Assembly (NCBI GenBank): GCA_934168305.1
Contig: CAKPNF010000002.1
Coordinates: forward strand, 98,789 to 162,788
DNA: 64,000 nucleotides
Reading direction: 5' to 3'
Source of the DNA: an uncultured Clostridia bacterium
Lineage (GTDB): Bacteria; Bacillota; Clostridia; TANB77; CAG-508
Below the pieces are notes generated by a model, which saw only the letters and a program-made list of their open reading frames with translations, was not told where the DNA came from and did no database searches. Positions 30,271-39,838 of the stretch are shown piece by piece. Positions within the stretch are counted from its first letter, which is position 1. Each line of letters opens with the position of its first letter. The translations under genes and the position numbers were made by a program.

Positions 30271-32320
30271 GTATACATTAGAAGGGTTGGACTGTGCGGC
30301 ATGTGCAAAAAAAGTAGAAGATGAAATAGCAAACACAGAAGGATATGAAGATGTAGTTGTTAATTTTTCAACACTAAAATTAACGTTTAAAACAGATAAA
30401 CCAAGTCCAAAAAAGGAAATAACAAAATTAGTTCAAAAATTAGAACCAGATGTTGAAGTTCTTGAAGATGGGGAAGAAAATAAAGATAAAGAAGAACATA
30501 ATGGAAATGATATTGCTAGAATTATTATAGGAATTGCAATATATTTAATTGCTTTAATTGGAAATCTCAATACAATTGTTACAAGTGCATTAACAATAAT
30601 AGCATTTGCAATATTACTATACAAAACAACCAAAAAAGGATTTAAACAATTATTTAAAAACAAAGTATTAGATGAAAATATGTTAATCGTTGTATCAGCA
30701 ATTGGAGCATATTTGGTTGGAAAAAATTCAGAAGGATTAATGGTTATAACTTTATATGAAATAGGAAAAATATTAGAATCAAAAGCAGTTAACAAAACAA
30801 GAAAATCAATATCAAATTTAATGAATATAAAACCAGAATATGCAAATCTAAAACAAGGTGAAGAATGGAAACAAGTAACTCCAGATGAAGTAAAAATAGG
30901 AGATGTAATTCTTATAAAAACAGGAGAAAAAATTCCACTAGATGGTATTGTTATAAAAGGAAATGCTCAAATTGATAATTCAGCATTAACAGGTGAAAGC
31001 AAATTAATAGAAGTCGCGGAAAATAGCAAAGTTTTATCAGGAAGCATAAATACAAATGGCCTAATAGAAGTAAAAGTTGAGCAAACATATGAAAATAGCA
31101 CAGTAAGTCAAATTTTAAATTTAGTTGAAAATGCAACAGATAAAAAAGCAAAAACAGAAACATTTGTATCAAAAGCAGCAAAAATATATACACCAGTTGT
31201 AATGGGGCTTGCACTATTAGTAGCAATATTCATGCCACTAATTATAGCAGGAGTTACTTACAAAGAAAGTATTTACAAAGCACTAATATTTCTAGTAATT
31301 TCATGTCCATGCTCAATAGCAATATCAGTTCCATTAAGTTATTTTTCAGGAATAGGAAAAGCGTCTAAAAAAGGAATATTAATTAAAGGTAGTGAATATC
31401 TAGATGGAATAAAAGATATCAAAGAAATTATATTTGATAAAACAGGAACAATTACAACAGGAAAATTTGCGGTATCAGAAATAAATGCAATTGATGCAAA
31501 TTATACTAAGCAAGATGTTTTAAAATATTTTGCAATGGGTGAAAAAAATTCAAACCATCCAATAGCAAAATCGATATTAAAGAAATATGAAGAAGTATCA
31601 AAAGAAATAGAAAACGTTGAAAATTTTGAAGAAGTTTCGGGAAAAGGACTTCAATATCAATATGAAGGAAAGACAATAAAAATAGGAAATGCAGAATTCA
31701 CAAATGCAGACAAAGAAAATATTGTCGGAACAGTTTTATACTTAAATATAGACGGAAATGTTGTTGGAAAAATAGTTCTAACAGACGAAATAAAACCATC
31801 AACAAAAGCAACAATGGAAAAACTTCATAAGTTAGGAATAAAAACAAAAATGTTTACAGGAGACAAAAAAGAAATTGCAGAAAAAATTGCAAAAGAAGTT
31901 GGTATAAAAGCAGTAAAAGCAGAAATGTTGCCACAAGACAAATACAATGAATTAGATACAATAATTGCAAAAAGAGATGAACATCAAAAAGTTGCATTTG
32001 TTGGTGATGGAATAAATGATAGCCCAGTACTAGCAAGAGCAGATGTTGGAATTTCAATGGGCGGAATCGGTTCAAGCTCAGCAATAGAAGCATCTGATGC
32101 TGTAATTATGACAGATGAACTTTCTAAAATTGTTGATGCAATTGAAGTTTCTAAAAAGACAAATAAAATTATTAAACAAAATTTAATATTCTCAATAGGT
32201 GTTAAAATATTGACATTAATTTTAAGTTTACTAGGTGTTGCAGATATGTGGCAAGCGGTTTTTGCTGATGTTGGTGTTACTTTGATTACAATATTTAATA
32301 CACTTAGAATTTTAAAATAA
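30248..32320 (+). CDS. cadA: Heavy-metal-translocating P1B-type ATPase (Cd/Zn type)
   Basis: The N-terminal HMA motif is GLDCAACA and the TM CPC motif is SCPCSIAIS. DKTGTIT and GDGINDSPVLA are present. The start is GTG 30248 or TTG 30257. Confidence 0.85.
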   Translation: MNILKSYKYTLEGLDCAACAKKVEDEIANTEGYEDVVVNFSTLKLTFKTDKPSPKKEITKLVQKLEPDVEVLEDGEENKDKEEHNGNDIARIIIGIAIYLIALIGNLNTIVTSALTIIAFAILLYKTTKKGFKQLFKNKVLDENMLIVVSAIGAYLVGKNSEGLMVITLYEIGKILESKAVNKTRKSISNLMNIKPEYANLKQGEEWKQVTPDEVKIGDVILIKTGEKIPLDGIVIKGNAQIDNSALTGESKLIEVAENSKVLSGSINTNGLIEVKVEQTYENSTVSQILNLVENATDKKAKTETFVSKAAKIYTPVVMGLALLVAIFMPLIIAGVTYKESIYKALIFLVISCPCSIAISVPLSYFSGIGKASKKGILIKGSEYLDGIKDIKEIIFDKTGTITTGKFAVSEINAIDANYTKQDVLKYFAMGEKNSNHPIAKSILKKYEEVSKEIENVENFEEVSGKGLQYQYEGKTIKIGNAEFTNADKENIVGTVLYLNIDGNVVGKIVLTDEIKPSTKATMEKLHKLGIKTKMFTGDKKEIAEKIAKEVGIKAVKAEMLPQDKYNELDTIIAKRDEHQKVAFVGDGINDSPVLARADVGISMGGIGSSSAIEASDAVIMTDELSKIVDAIEVSKKTNKIIKQNLIFSIGVKILTLILSLLGVADMWQAVFADVGVTLITIFNTLRILK

Positions 32321-32323
32321 AAA

Positions 32324-32368
32324 GAAAAAACTGTTTTTAAGGACGGAGGAGAAAAACAGTTTTTTTCT
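32324..32368 (+). terminator. Rho-independent terminator (GAAAAAACTGTTTTT...AAAAACAGTTTTTTT)
   Basis: A 13 bp stem is followed by a T-run after cadA. Confidence 0.6.
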
Positions 32369-32489
32369 ATTTTTTATATAATTAAAAAAATTAAAAAAAT
32401 TAAAAAAATTAATACATAACTCTTTTATAACTTAAAAACTTATGGTATATTATAAGCATAAAATAATTATGCGAAAGGGAAAAAGAAAA

Positions 32490-34181
32490 ATGAAACAAAG
32501 AATGACAAAAGAACAAATAGAAAAAAAGAAAAAAAGAATAATAAAAATATTTATAACAATAATATCAATTATAATAATAGGAATTATAGCTTATAACATA
32601 AATAATTACATAATACTTGACAAAAATAAAAATATCAATTTAGTAATAAACAACAAAAATGTAACATCAAACTTAAAAAAAGAAATCATAATAGAAGATG
32701 ACAACGTATATTTATCAAAACAAGATTTAGGAAACTTTTTTGATAAATACATATATGAAGATACAGAAAATGATAATATAGTAACAACCTACAATAACAA
32801 AATAGCATCAATAAGTTTAGAAAAAAATCAAATAAATATAAATGGTTCAAACAAAAATATATATGCACATGCAGAAAATAGAGATGGAACAATTTATATT
32901 CCAATAAAAGAACTAGAAGATATATATGGAATTGAAATTAAATACATAGAGAATACAAAAGTATTAACAATTGATTCAATATCAAAAGAACAAAAAAAGG
33001 CAATAATAACAAAAAATGTAGCAGTAAAATCATCAACAAAATTTATTGCCAAAACAATAGATAGAGTGAAAAAAGGAAGCTATGTTATAGTGATTTCAGA
33101 AGATAATGGCTATGCAAAAATAAGAACAGAGAATGGAAAAGTAGGGTTTGTAAAATCTAATAAAATTGCAAATACTGTTATTGTAAGAGAAGAAATACAA
33201 GAACAAAAGCAAATAGATGGAAAAGTAAATTTAGTTTGGGATTATTACTCAGAAGTAGCTTCTGCACCTGATAGAACAGGAGTTACAATGGATGGAGTGA
33301 ATGTAGTATCACCGGCATTTTTTCACTTAAATTCTAAGGGAAATCTAACAGAAAATATAGGACAAGAAGGCAAAAAGTATATAGAATGGGCACATAATAA
33401 TGGATATAAAGTTTGGCCAATGGTACAAAATGCTGGAAGTGGAATGATAAGTGTAACATCAGAGATAATGAACGATTATAATAAAAGGCAAGAGTTAATA
33501 AATGAAATAGTATCTGCATGTGTTAAATACAAATTAGATGGAATTAATTTAGATTTTGAAAATATGAAACAAGAAGATAAAGATATGTATTCAAGATTTG
33601 TAATAGAATTAACACCAAGATTAAAAGACATGGGAGTGGTAATCTCAGTTGATGTTACTGCACCAGATGGATCAGAAACATGGTCAATGTGTTTTGATAG
33701 ACACGTAATAGGTGATGTTGCTGATTATATAGTATTTATGGCGTATGACCAATATGGAGCATCAAGTAATAAATCAGGAACTACTGCAGGGTATAATTGG
33801 GTTGAATTAAGTCTTAACAAATTTTTAAAAACAGAAGAAATAGAAAATTCAAAAATAATATTAGCAATTCCATTATATGCAAGATTATGGACTGAAGATA
33901 GTTCGGGAAAAGTCGTAAAACAAAGTACAGTTCCATTAAAAAATATGAATAGTATAATTCCAGAAAGCACTAACAAACAATGGAATGATGATTTAAAACA
34001 ATACTATGTAGAATATAAGGATAATTCGTACACTAAAAAAATATGGATTGAAGATGAAAAGTCATTAAAAGAAAAAATATCTTTAATTACAAATAATAAT
34101 TTAGGTGGAGTAGCATCTTGGGAAAAGGGAATGGAAACAGATAATTTCTGGAAATTTTTAAAACAAGAAATTAGTAAATAG
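32490..34181 (+). CDS. Glycoside hydrolase family 18 protein (spore peptidoglycan hydrolase YaaH/YdhD-like) with an N-terminal TM anchor
   Basis: LDGINLDFEN (DxxDxDxE) is the catalytic motif. An N-terminal TM helix is present. The start is taken at MKQRMTKEQ (32490); the six-frame ORF begins at 32442. Confidence 0.7.
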   Translation: MKQRMTKEQIEKKKKRIIKIFITIISIIIIGIIAYNINNYIILDKNKNINLVINNKNVTSNLKKEIIIEDDNVYLSKQDLGNFFDKYIYEDTENDNIVTTYNNKIASISLEKNQININGSNKNIYAHAENRDGTIYIPIKELEDIYGIEIKYIENTKVLTIDSISKEQKKAIITKNVAVKSSTKFIAKTIDRVKKGSYVIVISEDNGYAKIRTENGKVGFVKSNKIANTVIVREEIQEQKQIDGKVNLVWDYYSEVASAPDRTGVTMDGVNVVSPAFFHLNSKGNLTENIGQEGKKYIEWAHNNGYKVWPMVQNAGSGMISVTSEIMNDYNKRQELINEIVSACVKYKLDGINLDFENMKQEDKDMYSRFVIELTPRLKDMGVVISVDVTAPDGSETWSMCFDRHVIGDVADYIVFMAYDQYGASSNKSGTTAGYNWVELSLNKFLKTEEIENSKIILAIPLYARLWTEDSSGKVVKQSTVPLKNMNSIIPESTNKQWNDDLKQYYVEYKDNSYTKKIWIEDEKSLKEKISLITNNNLGGVASWEKGMETDNFWKFLKQEISK

Positions 34182-34291
34182 AAAACAACAAAAAATTACA
34201 ATAATATTCTAATTTTTTGCGAAAACTCTTGACTTTTAAGAGGTTACAAATATATAATGACAAAAAGCACATTTGGAGGTATTTTAGACAT

Positions 34292-34927
34292 ATGCAAAAA
34301 GAAAACATTTATTATACAACTGACAAATATGGAAATTTAACAGATGAACAAATAATATCTCAAATAAAAGAAGGAGACGAACAAGCTTTATCCTTTTTAT
34401 TAGATAGGTATAAAGATTTAGTAAATTCAAAAGTAGGAAAATACTTTATAATTGGAGCAGAAAGAGAAGATATTATACAGGAAGGTATGATAGGTCTATT
34501 TAAGGCTATAAAAAACTTTGATAGCAATAAACAGAATACATTTAAAACATTTGCGAATTTATGTGTAGAAAGACAATTAATAACAGCTATTAAAAGTTCA
34601 AATAGACAAAAACATATGCCACTTAATTCTTATCTGTCATTAAATACGTCTGCTTATGATAATGATGAAGATGGAACAGAATTAATAGAGACATTTGAAG
34701 TAGATACAATTGAAGATCCTTTGGAAACAATAATGAAAAAAGAATATTTTAACGAAATCCAAAATACCATGCATAAATCTTTAAGTAAATTTGAAGAAAA
34801 AGTATTAGATAGATATATACAAGGGGAAAGTTACGAAGTTATTGCTAAAAGACTTGAAACTCCTGTGAAATCAATTGATAATGCTATTCAGAGAATTAGA
34901 AAAAAAGCAATAAAGAATATGTTTTAA
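34292..34927 (+). CDS. sigH: RNA polymerase sporulation sigma factor SigH
   Basis: Region 2 reads LVNSKVGKYFIIGAEREDIIQEGMIGLFKAIKNFD. Region 4 has an HTH. The ~210 aa size fits. A GGAGG RBS lies before the ATG at 34292. Confidence 0.8.
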   Translation: MQKENIYYTTDKYGNLTDEQIISQIKEGDEQALSFLLDRYKDLVNSKVGKYFIIGAEREDIIQEGMIGLFKAIKNFDSNKQNTFKTFANLCVERQLITAIKSSNRQKHMPLNSYLSLNTSAYDNDEDGTELIETFEVDTIEDPLETIMKKEYFNEIQNTMHKSLSKFEEKVLDRYIQGESYEVIAKRLETPVKSIDNAIQRIRKKAIKNMF

Positions 34928-35000
34928 TAATATTTAGAAATTGGAAATTAGATGTTTGAATCTAGCTTCCAATTTCTACTATTGAATAAAATTTATAGAT

Positions 35001-35076
35001 GCTTGCATAGCTCAGTTGGTAGAGTACTGCTTTGGTAAAGCAGAGGTCACGGGTTCAATTCCCGTTGTAAGCCCCA
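35001..35076 (+). tRNA. tRNA-Thr (anticodon GGT)
   Basis: The cloverleaf has acceptor GCTTGCA/TGTAAGC, D-stem AGCTC, anticodon stem CTGCT/AGCAG with loop TTGGTAA (anticodon GGT), T-arm ACGGG-TTCAATT-CCCGT and an encoded CCA. Confidence 0.9.
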
Positions 35077-35101
35077 ACTTAAGAAAAATGTGTTATGATG
35101 A

Positions 35102-36043
35102 TTAAATATTAATTTCCCATTTTGGTGGATAAAAATAGTCTATTTTATTTTGTTTTGGTACATATTTTTTCTTTATTTTAGTTCTGTTAGATTTTAAATC
35201 AGGCAATGCCTGTCTACAATATTTATCTAATTCACAAAATATATTTTGACAATCAATTAATTGTAAAGGCCTATTACCAATTCTTTTGAAATTCAAATTA
35301 AGTCTTTTAAATTCCTCATCTTGATGTTTATACATATATTTAATAATATTTTCATTAGTCATTTTACCTTTATCAATAAAGCATTTTTTTATTCCACGGA
35401 GTGAACCTGGTCCAGCAACTGTAAATTCATCTTCTTTCCAATCGACAACTTCACTATAATTAATATCAGTTACTAATTGGTAAGCCATAAAATTACCAAT
35501 TAATGGATAACTTTTAATAATATTGAATGCTTCTTCCATTGTTTTACATTTAACAATTTTATTTTGCAATTTATCTTCATTAAACATTTTATTTAATAAC
35601 GCTAAATGATTATCATGTTTTCTATCATATCCAAATGCTTTATTAGCACAGCTTATATAAGCATCATTATATATTTTTATATCATTTGATATAGCATTTT
35701 CTAATACTTTAGAGTAATTATTCATATTAAATGTTTTTAAAGTAATATCTTCAAAATTATTTAATAATAATTCCCAAGTGGATTCTTTATTAAATAGCTT
35801 AAATAGTAGTATTCTAAACAACATATCTTCATCTGAATAATTTTTACCGTTATATATAACATTTTTTAATAAATATTGACTAACTCTATCATTAACTCTA
35901 TAACTATTGCAAAATTTATATTCTTGTAAAATTGGATCTTCAGTCCATGGAGCTGACTCTCCATTTCTTTTCTTCCAAAATATATTTTGTCTTTCACATG
36001 CAAAATACCAATATAAATCATATACTTCCTGTCTTAATTTCAT
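35102..36043 (-). CDS. Hypothetical protein; the N-terminal motif resembles the aGPT-Pplase / 'nucleotide kinase domain' (putative DNA base hypermodification) family
   Basis: It is a 313 aa ORF ending 26 bp from tRNA-Thr. The N-terminus reads YDLYWYFACERQNIFWKKRNGESAPWTEDPILQEYKFCNSYRVNDRVSQYL. The pattern R..IY.FW....ER..I..KR....PWTEDPIL.EYKFCN.YR..DR is recalled from memory for alpha-glutamyl/putrescinyl thymine pyrophosphorylase clade-3-like proteins, and needs an HMM check. Confidence 0.55.
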   Translation of the reverse strand: MKLRQEVYDLYWYFACERQNIFWKKRNGESAPWTEDPILQEYKFCNSYRVNDRVSQYLLKNVIYNGKNYSDEDMLFRILLFKLFNKESTWELLLNNFEDITLKTFNMNNYSKVLENAISNDIKIYNDAYISCANKAFGYDRKHDNHLALLNKMFNEDKLQNKIVKCKTMEEAFNIIKSYPLIGNFMAYQLVTDINYSEVVDWKEDEFTVAGPGSLRGIKKCFIDKGKMTNENIIKYMYKHQDEEFKRLNLNFKRIGNRPLQLIDCQNIFCELDKYCRQALPDLKSNRTKIKKKYVPKQNKIDYFYPPKWEINI

Positions 36044-36244
36044 AAAATATACACCTCTTTTTTAATAAATTTTTAATATAATACACTAAATATTAAAAGA
36101 TTTCCATATTTTTATAAAAATAAATAGAATTATATTTTTATAAGTTATAACAAATTTTAATATCAAATATAGAAAATTATGAAAATTAATTGACTTTTAC
36201 ATAAAAACGTATTAAAATTATAGATAGTTAAATATAAAAAACAA

Positions 36245-36460
36245 GTAAGAGAAAAAGTAAAATAAAGGTTTCTTAAAGAGAGAATTAGCTGTGGCTGAAA
36301 GCTAGTTCAAGAAAACATATTTGAAAAACTACCTCTTCAAGTTTTTGGTGAACAAGCCAAACGTGTAAGATACGTTATAATCTTTTAATTAAGTAAAAAT
36401 TAGGATGGAACCGTGTAATAAATGCACTCCTATAGATGTAAAAATCTATAGGAGTTTTTT
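36245..36460 (+). promoter_or_regulatory. T-box riboswitch leader (Thr-specific) for thrS
   Basis: A conserved T-box sequence AAATTAGGATGGAACCGTG is at 36398-36415. An AGAGAG GA-motif is present, and ACC lies in the putative specifier region. The terminator hairpin GCACTCCTATAG...CTATAGGAGTTTTTT is at 36423-36459. Confidence 0.75.
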
Positions 36461-36521
36461 CGACCATGTGACGTTCTTGAGTGAACCATTGGTCTACTGG
36501 TTAAAAAAAGGAGGAATTATT

Positions 36522-38447
36522 ATGATTAAATTAACATTAAAAGATGGTTCAATAAAAGAAGTTGAACAAGGAAGCACAATATATGAAGTAGCAAAAGAAA
36601 TAAGTGAAGGATTAGCAAGAGTAGCAACTTGTGGAATAGTAAATGGAGATGTAAAAGATTTAAGATATGAATTAAATGAAGATTGCAATTTAAGCATAGA
36701 AACATTTGATAGCAGTTTAGACGGTAAAAAAGCATATTGGCACACAACATCACACATTATGGCTCAAGCAGTGCAAAGATTATTTCCAAATGTGAAATTT
36801 GCTATAGGACCAAGTATCGAAAATGGATTTTACTATGATTTTGATGTAGAAAAACCATTTACAGACGAAGATAAAGCAAAAATAGAAGCTGAAATGAAAA
36901 AAATAATTAAAGAAGATATCGAAATAGAAAGATTTTCTTTACCAAAACAAGATGCCTTAAAATTAATGGAAGGACAACCATATAAACAAGAATTAATAAA
37001 TGATTTAGCAGATGGAGAAGAAATAAGCTTCTATAAACAAGGAGATTTTACGGACTTATGTGCAGGACCACATTTAATGAAAACAGGAAAAGTAAAAGCT
37101 GTTAAAATATTATCATCATCTGGAGCTTATTGGAGAGGTGACGAGCATAATAAAATGTTACAAAGAATTTATGCAATATCATTCCCAAAAGCAAGCCAAG
37201 TTGACGAATATATGCAAAAGCTAGAAGAAGCAAGACAACGTGACCACAGAAAAATAGGAAAAGATTTAGAATTATTTATGACAAGCCCATTAGTAGGTTC
37301 AGGACTTCCAATGTATTTACCAAATGGTGCAACAGTAAGAAGATTATTAGAAAGATATATTCAAGATAAAGAAGTTGAAATGGGATATCAACATGTATAT
37401 ACACCATCACTTGCAAATACAGAATTATATAAAGTTTCAGGACATTGGGATCACTATAAAGAAGACATGTTCCCTGTTATGAAAATGGATAATGAAGAAA
37501 TGGTATTAAGGCCAATGAACTGTCCACATCATATGTTAATATATAAAAATAAAATGCACTCATATAGAGATTTACCAATAAGAATTGGAGAATTGGCACA
37601 TGACTTCAGATATGAAGATAGCGGAAGTGTTTGTGGGCTTGAAAGAGTTCGTGAAATGTGTCAAAACGATGCACATTTATTTGTAAGACCAGACCAAATA
37701 AAAGAAGAATTTGGAAAAGTTGTTCAATTGATTTTATCAGTATATAAAGACTTTGGATTTAAAGACTATGAATTCAGATTATCTTTAAGAGATAAAAATA
37801 ATAAAGAAAAATACTTCGATGATGATGAGATGTGGGAAAAAGCAGAGAGTCAGTTAAGAGAAATATTAACAGAACTTGGAGTACCATTCTATGAAGCTGA
37901 AGGAGAAGCTGCATTTTATGGACCAAAACTAGATGTGCAATTAAAATCAGCAGTAGGACATGATGTAACAGTATCAACTTGCCAATTAGATTTTTTATTA
38001 CCAGAAAGATTTAAACTAGAATATGTTGGTGAAGATGGAGAAAAACATAGACCAGTCGTAATCCATAGAGCAATTTTAGGAACATTTGATAGATTTATGT
38101 GCTTCTTAATTGAAGAAACAAAAGGTGCATTTCCATTATGGCTTTCACCAACACAAGTAAAAATATTACCAATTACAGATGCACAACATGATTACGCAAA
38201 AACAATTGAAGAAAAATTACACAAAGCTGGAATTCGTGTAGTTCTTGATGATAGAAACGAAAAAGTAGGATACAAAATTCGTGAAGCACAACTTGAAAAA
38301 GTTCCATATATGTTAGTTATAGGGGCTAAAGAAGTTGAAGAAAATACAGTTTCAATTCGCTCAAGAGAAAGTGCTGAAAACGAAACTATGAAAGCTGATG
38401 AATTTGTTTCTAGAATAAAAGAAGAAGTTATAAATAAAACAAAATGA
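36522..38447 (+). CDS. thrS: Threonine--tRNA ligase
   Basis: A TGS N-domain (MIKLTLKDGS) is followed by class II aaRS motifs and a C-terminal anticodon-binding domain. The true start is 36522; the six-frame ORF begins at 36405 within the leader. Confidence 0.9.
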   Translation: MIKLTLKDGSIKEVEQGSTIYEVAKEISEGLARVATCGIVNGDVKDLRYELNEDCNLSIETFDSSLDGKKAYWHTTSHIMAQAVQRLFPNVKFAIGPSIENGFYYDFDVEKPFTDEDKAKIEAEMKKIIKEDIEIERFSLPKQDALKLMEGQPYKQELINDLADGEEISFYKQGDFTDLCAGPHLMKTGKVKAVKILSSSGAYWRGDEHNKMLQRIYAISFPKASQVDEYMQKLEEARQRDHRKIGKDLELFMTSPLVGSGLPMYLPNGATVRRLLERYIQDKEVEMGYQHVYTPSLANTELYKVSGHWDHYKEDMFPVMKMDNEEMVLRPMNCPHHMLIYKNKMHSYRDLPIRIGELAHDFRYEDSGSVCGLERVREMCQNDAHLFVRPDQIKEEFGKVVQLILSVYKDFGFKDYEFRLSLRDKNNKEKYFDDDEMWEKAESQLREILTELGVPFYEAEGEAAFYGPKLDVQLKSAVGHDVTVSTCQLDFLLPERFKLEYVGEDGEKHRPVVIHRAILGTFDRFMCFLIEETKGAFPLWLSPTQVKILPITDAQHDYAKTIEEKLHKAGIRVVLDDRNEKVGYKIREAQLEKVPYMLVIGAKEVEENTVSIRSRESAENETMKADEFVSRIKEEVINKTK

Positions 38448-38563
38448 GACATTTGGGACAGTCATAAGATGTCTCATAAAAAATGAAGAAAAATGTCGAA
38501 TAAAATAATATAACAAAATTCGACAAAATTTATGAGACAAAATAGGACTGTCCCCAGTGTCTC
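38445..38563. repeat. Family-2 palindromic element (~120 bp, two inverted ~55 bp arms)
   Basis: The left arm is TGAGACATTTGGGACAGTCATAAGATGTCTCATAAAAAATGAAGAAAAATGTCGAAT. The right arm is its imperfect reverse complement (…TTCGACAAAATTTATGAGACAAAATAGGACTGTCCCCAGTGTCTCA). It overlaps the thrS stop codon and ends 15 bp before ychF. Confidence 0.75.
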
Positions 38564-38578
38564 AAAAAGGAGGAAAAA

Positions 38579-39670
38579 ATGAAACTAGGAATTGCAGGAC
38601 TTCCAAATGTAGGAAAAAGTACATTATTTAATAGTATAACAAAAGCTGGTGCAGAATGTGCAAACTACCCATTTTGCACAATAGAACCAAATGTTGGAGT
38701 AGTGGCTGTACCAGATGAAAGATTAGATAAATTAGCAGAAATGTATAAACCAGAAAAAACAACACATGCTGTAATTGAATTTGTTGATATAGCAGGTTTA
38801 GTAAAAGGAGCAAGTAGAGGAGAAGGACTAGGAAACAAATTCTTATCACATATACGTGAAACAGATGCCATAGTTGAAGTGGTTAGATGTTTCGAAGATT
38901 CAAATGTTGTACATGTTGATGGAAGTGTAAATCCAATAAGAGATATAGAAACAATCAATTTAGAATTAATATTTGCAGACATAGAAACAGTAAATAAAAG
39001 ACTAGATAAAGCAAGAAAAAATCTAAAAGCAGATAAAAAATATCAAGAAGAAATTGATTTATTAGAAAAAATATTAAAAGTATTAGAAGATGGAAAATCA
39101 GCAAGAACAATAGATTTTAATGAAGATGAACAAGTTTTAGTAAAAGATATGTTCTTGTTAACAACAAAACCAATTTTGTATGTTGCAAATGTATCAGAGG
39201 AGCAATTAGAAGATGCTGAAAATGACGAATTGGTAAAACAAGTAAAAGAATATGCATTATCAGAAAAAGCAGAAGTAATACCACTTTGTGTAAAAATCGA
39301 GGAAGAATTATCTGGATTAGAAGATGATGATAAAAAAGAAATGTTAGAAGCTTTAGGATTAGAAGAATCTGGATTAGATAAAGTTATAAAAAGAAGTTAT
39401 GATTTATTAGGATTAATGTCATTTTTAACAGCAGGTGAACCAGAAGTAAGAGCATGGACAATAAAAAAAGGAACAAAAGCACCACAAGCAGCTGGAAAAA
39501 TACATTCTGATATAGAAAGAGGATTCATAAAAGCAGAAGTTGTATCATATGATGATTTGATAAGAGAAGGCTCAATGGTAGCAGCTAAGGAAAAAGGATT
39601 GGTTCGCTCTGAAGGAAAAGAATACATTATGAAAGATGGAGATATTGTATTATTTAAATTCAATGTGTAA
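38579..39670 (+). CDS. ychF: Ribosome-binding ATPase YchF
   Basis: The G1 motif is GLPNVGKST, with an NxxE-type G4 and a C-terminal TGS domain. The protein is 363 aa. Confidence 0.9.
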   Translation: MKLGIAGLPNVGKSTLFNSITKAGAECANYPFCTIEPNVGVVAVPDERLDKLAEMYKPEKTTHAVIEFVDIAGLVKGASRGEGLGNKFLSHIRETDAIVEVVRCFEDSNVVHVDGSVNPIRDIETINLELIFADIETVNKRLDKARKNLKADKKYQEEIDLLEKILKVLEDGKSARTIDFNEDEQVLVKDMFLLTTKPILYVANVSEEQLEDAENDELVKQVKEYALSEKAEVIPLCVKIEEELSGLEDDDKKEMLEALGLEESGLDKVIKRSYDLLGLMSFLTAGEPEVRAWTIKKGTKAPQAAGKIHSDIERGFIKAEVVSYDDLIREGSMVAAKEKGLVRSEGKEYIMKDGDIVLFKFNV

Positions 39671-39838
39671 TATATGTAATTAACTTGTAATAAAAATGTA
39701 AAAAAAAAACGATAAAAAAGTATTGACTTATTTTAATATAAAGTATACAATTTATTTAGACTAAATTATACAAAAGATAAAAAATGGTATAATTATGTTT
39801 TATAGTAGAATAATAAATATAATAAAGGAGAGAAAATA

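Noticed and set aside
32382-32410. AATTAAAAAA x3 direct repeats after the cadA terminator.
   Set aside because: It is a low-complexity A/T tract typical of this genome with no paired structure.
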